Assembly (NCBI GenBank): GCA_965365965.1
Contig: CBDUEA010000001.1
Span: 1-30,826, forward strand
Source of the DNA: an uncultured Polaromonas sp.
Lineage (GTDB): Bacteria > Pseudomonadota > Gammaproteobacteria > Burkholderiales > Burkholderiaceae_C
Direction: 5' to 3'
Length of the DNA: 30,826 nucleotides
In this document: in pieces, positions 28,333 through 30,826 of the stretch
Layout: each line of letters opens with the position of its first letter
How positions within the stretch are numbered: the stretch's first letter is position 1
Position numbers and translations under genes: made by a program
Notes under the pieces: generated by a model
The model's input: only the letters and a program-made list of their open reading frames with translations
Told to the model about the DNA's origin: nothing
The model's database searches: none

Positions 28333-29016
28333 ATGAAAAAAATCCTGATGGTGCTGACCTCGCACGACCAATTGGGCAACACCGGTGCGAAAACCGGTTT
28401 CTGGCTAGAAGAATTTGCGGCGCCTTATTACGTGTTCAAGGATGCTGGTGCCGAAATCACCTTGGCATCTCCCCTAGGTGGACAACCACCGCTCGACCCC
28501 AAGAGTGACGATGCCGCTTCACAAACCGACGCTACCCGTCGTTTCAAGGCCGATGCTGATGCCCAAGCGCTATTGGCCAGCACCCAAAAATTAAGCGACA
28601 TGAATACTGACGCTTTTGATGCTCTGTTTTACCCAGGCGGCCATGGCCCACTGTGGGATCTGGCGGAAGACAAAAACTCCATTGCCCTGATTGAAACCAT
28701 GCTTTCCGCGGGCAAACCGGTTGCCGCAGTTTGTCACGCACCTGCCGTACTGCGTCACCCAAAAATAGACGGTAAATCCGTGGTGCAGGGCAAGAAGGTG
28801 ACTGGGTTTACCAACACCGAAGAATCCGCTGTGGATCTGACCGACATCGTTCCCTTTCTGGTGGAAGACATGCTCAAAAGCAACGGCGGTCATTACTTCA
28901 AAGGCGCAGATTGGCAACCCTATGTTTTGACTGATGGCTTGTTAATCACAGGGCAAAACCCAGCTTCTTCTGAGCCAGCGGCACATGCACTCCTAAAGGT
29001 TCTCAAAAAACTGTGA
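28333..29016 (+). CDS. DJ-1/PfpI (type 1 glutamine amidotransferase-like) protein, Hsp31/glyoxalase III-like
   Basis: LTSHDQLG.TG..TGFWLEE, PGGHGP, nucleophile AVCHAP, TGQNPAS. Confidence 0.92.
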   Translation: MKKILMVLTSHDQLGNTGAKTGFWLEEFAAPYYVFKDAGAEITLASPLGGQPPLDPKSDDAASQTDATRRFKADADAQALLASTQKLSDMNTDAFDALFYPGGHGPLWDLAEDKNSIALIETMLSAGKPVAAVCHAPAVLRHPKIDGKSVVQGKKVTGFTNTEESAVDLTDIVPFLVEDMLKSNGGHYFKGADWQPYVLTDGLLITGQNPASSEPAAHALLKVLKKL

Positions 29017-29127
29017 GGTAGCACACCTGCGGTGTCACATAGCACTGGAATGAATCCGACTTGGTATGTTGAATCCGACTCGGTATGCATTACCAGCACA
29101 CGCTCGTCATTTTTGTATAAAACCACC

Positions 29128-29871
29128 ATGACCGACCACTCTGACTTTTGGCAAGACCTTTACCAACAAAGCCAACAATCCACCCTTGAGGTTGGGTCAC
29201 TTCCTGTTTTGCGCGTGAACCAAGATCTGCAAGTCGACGCCCAAGTAAGCTCTGCAACAGCACCGTGGGTCGCATCTCCTGCAGCAGGGGTTCGGCGGAT
29301 TCTCTTGGAACGCGACGGTGGCGAAATCACCACGCGCGCGACCAGTCTGGTTGCCTACCGCGCCGGCAGTCGATTCAATGCCCACACGCATCCCCAAGGC
29401 GAAGAGATATTGGTTTTGAGCGGCGTCTTTTCAGACGAAAGTGGAGACAACGCAGCCGGCAGCTACTTGCGCAACCCACCGGGTTCTTCGCACGCCCCTT
29501 TTAGCGACGAAGGCTGCCTGATTTTTGTGAAGCTCCAGCAATTTTCTCCACAAGACAGCGTACAGCTAAGGTTGGGTGCGCAGGAGACTAGTTGGCCGTT
29601 TACGCAGTTGGCAATGACCAGACGGTTGCTTTTTGAGCGACCCAATGAGCGCGTGGAGTTGATCCATTTTGGGCAAGCCGCCCAACTGCCTTCTGACCTA
29701 GGTCTGCAGGGTTTGGAGATATTGGTCTTGAAAGGTGAGTTGACTGGGACTGATACCAATTACCCAATTGGCACATGGCTGCGCTGCGCATCATCACAGA
29801 CGCTCACCTATCACGCCCAAGCTGGAACTGAGATTTACGTCAAAAGTGGGCACTTGGGAGCGTTTGCATGA
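29128..29871 (+). CDS. ChrR-like bicupin (cupin_7) protein
   Basis: PWVASP..GV.R..L, RATSLV.Y..GSRF..HTH..GEEILVL.G, YLRNPPGSSH.P, IFVKL.QF, then a second cupin (GLEILVLKG...GTWLR...YVKSGHL). ATG 29128 is preferred over GTG 29032. Confidence 0.88.
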   Translation: MTDHSDFWQDLYQQSQQSTLEVGSLPVLRVNQDLQVDAQVSSATAPWVASPAAGVRRILLERDGGEITTRATSLVAYRAGSRFNAHTHPQGEEILVLSGVFSDESGDNAAGSYLRNPPGSSHAPFSDEGCLIFVKLQQFSPQDSVQLRLGAQETSWPFTQLAMTRRLLFERPNERVELIHFGQAAQLPSDLGLQGLEILVLKGELTGTDTNYPIGTWLRCASSQTLTYHAQAGTEIYVKSGHLGAFA

Positions 29872-30826
29872 GTGTTCGCGGCTTAACCTCTACATCAACG
29901 CCCGCCTTGATCGTGGGTGGTGGCCTAGCTGGTTTGTATGCAGCCTATCAGCTTGAGAAAGCTAAGATCCCATATGTATTGTGGGAAGCACAACCGAGAT
30001 GGGGTGGACGCATTCTTTCTCTGCCTATTGACGGCGATTCAGACCTTGGTTTTGACCTAGGTCCTACTTGGTTCTGGCCTCACCAACACCGCATGCAACG
30101 TCTTTGTGCTGAATTGGGTCTAACAAGCTTTGAACAACCAGTGGCGGGTGATGTGATGTACCAACTCACGCCAGGACAAGCACCTGAACGCTCAGTGGGA
30201 GCTGGCTCAATGGTGTCTTACCGCCTTGAAAACGGCATGCAAACCTTGATGACTGCGCTGGTGAAACGCCTAGACCCGTCATCCTTGAAGTTAAATCATG
30301 CGCTTACCAAACTCACCAGATCAGGCAAGGTCTGGACGGCAACAACCAACCACTTGGGAGAAACGCGAGAGCTCGAAGTGGGGCAGCTGATCCTAGCCAC
30401 TCCACCACGAAAGGTTGCGCCGCTGTTGCACCCTCATTTACCTGCCCGACTGCATGCGGAGTTAAACGCCACGCCTACCTGGATGGCAGCACAGGCCAAG
30501 TTTGTGGCAGTCTATGAAACCCCGTTTTGGCGCCAAGCAGGCCTAGCAGGTCAAGTGTTCAGTCGGGTTGGGCCTATGGTAGAAATATACGATGCCTCGT
30601 CATCCCCACATAACGGTTATGCCCTCTTTGGCTTTTTAGGTGTTCCCGCCCAAGTCAGACTCCAGCATAGTCAGGCTGCGGTTGAGGCCGCTTGCTTGAA
30701 TCAATTGATATCCGTTTTTGGGCCGCTAGCCAGCAATCCGCGTACCATAGGACTGAAGGACTGGGCCCAGGACGATTGGATTGTGAGCGAACAAGATCTC
30801 TCAGAGACACCTCAGCATCCTGACTT
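29868..30826 (+). CDS. Flavin monoamine-oxidase-family FAD oxidoreductase, 3'-truncated by the window (absent from the ORF track)
   Basis: Open from ATG 29868 (ATGA overlap with the cupin stop) to the window end: IVGGGLAGLYAA, EAQPRWGGR, FDLGPTWFWP, NGMQTL, KFVAVYETPFWR, DWAQD. Confidence 0.9.
   Translation, partial: MSVRGLTSTSTPALIVGGGLAGLYAAYQLEKAKIPYVLWEAQPRWGGRILSLPIDGDSDLGFDLGPTWFWPHQHRMQRLCAELGLTSFEQPVAGDVMYQLTPGQAPERSVGAGSMVSYRLENGMQTLMTALVKRLDPSSLKLNHALTKLTRSGKVWTATTNHLGETRELEVGQLILATPPRKVAPLLHPHLPARLHAELNATPTWMAAQAKFVAVYETPFWRQAGLAGQVFSRVGPMVEIYDASSSPHNGYALFGFLGVPAQVRLQHSQAAVEAACLNQLISVFGPLASNPRTIGLKDWAQDDWIVSEQDLSETPQHPD

Noticed and set aside
1-30826. Intact tRNA, rRNA, CRISPR array, integrase, transposase or defence system
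   Set aside because: None could be recognised in the sequence or in the translated ORFs.

Overview
Bacterial chromosomal window of roughly 50% GC by eye. The protein sequences resemble Betaproteobacteria (Comamonadaceae-like), which is recognition rather than a database result. From left to right it holds: a DUF347/COG4705 + DedA + OmpR-family two-component cluster; an acetylpolyamine amidohydrolase-like deacetylase; a secreted alpha/beta hydrolase; a CDP-alcohol phosphatidyltransferase; an acyl-CoA ligase; a DTW (acp3U) enzyme; a TetR-led MacAB-like ABC exporter with a perfect 20-bp operator-like palindrome; DUF1330; an AI-2E transporter; an LhgO-like FAD oxidoreductase; a RutG/UraA-like permease carrying an in-frame TGA, divergent from upp; a complete AcrAB/MexAB-OprM-type RND operon; gdhA; and a single-chain triple-RidA protein whose middle domain lacks the catalytic Arg. 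At 27053-27100 (minus strand) is a decayed 3' fragment of a tRNA-Val(CAC) with exact tRNA geometry, followed by a terminator. This is the typical signature of an integration (att) scar and implies an island extending to the right. The putative cargo is DUF3096, a DJ-1/Hsp31-like protein, a ChrR-like bicupin and a coupled flavin amine oxidase that runs off the window. No intact tRNA, rRNA, CRISPR array, integrase or transposase is visible. No searches were run.
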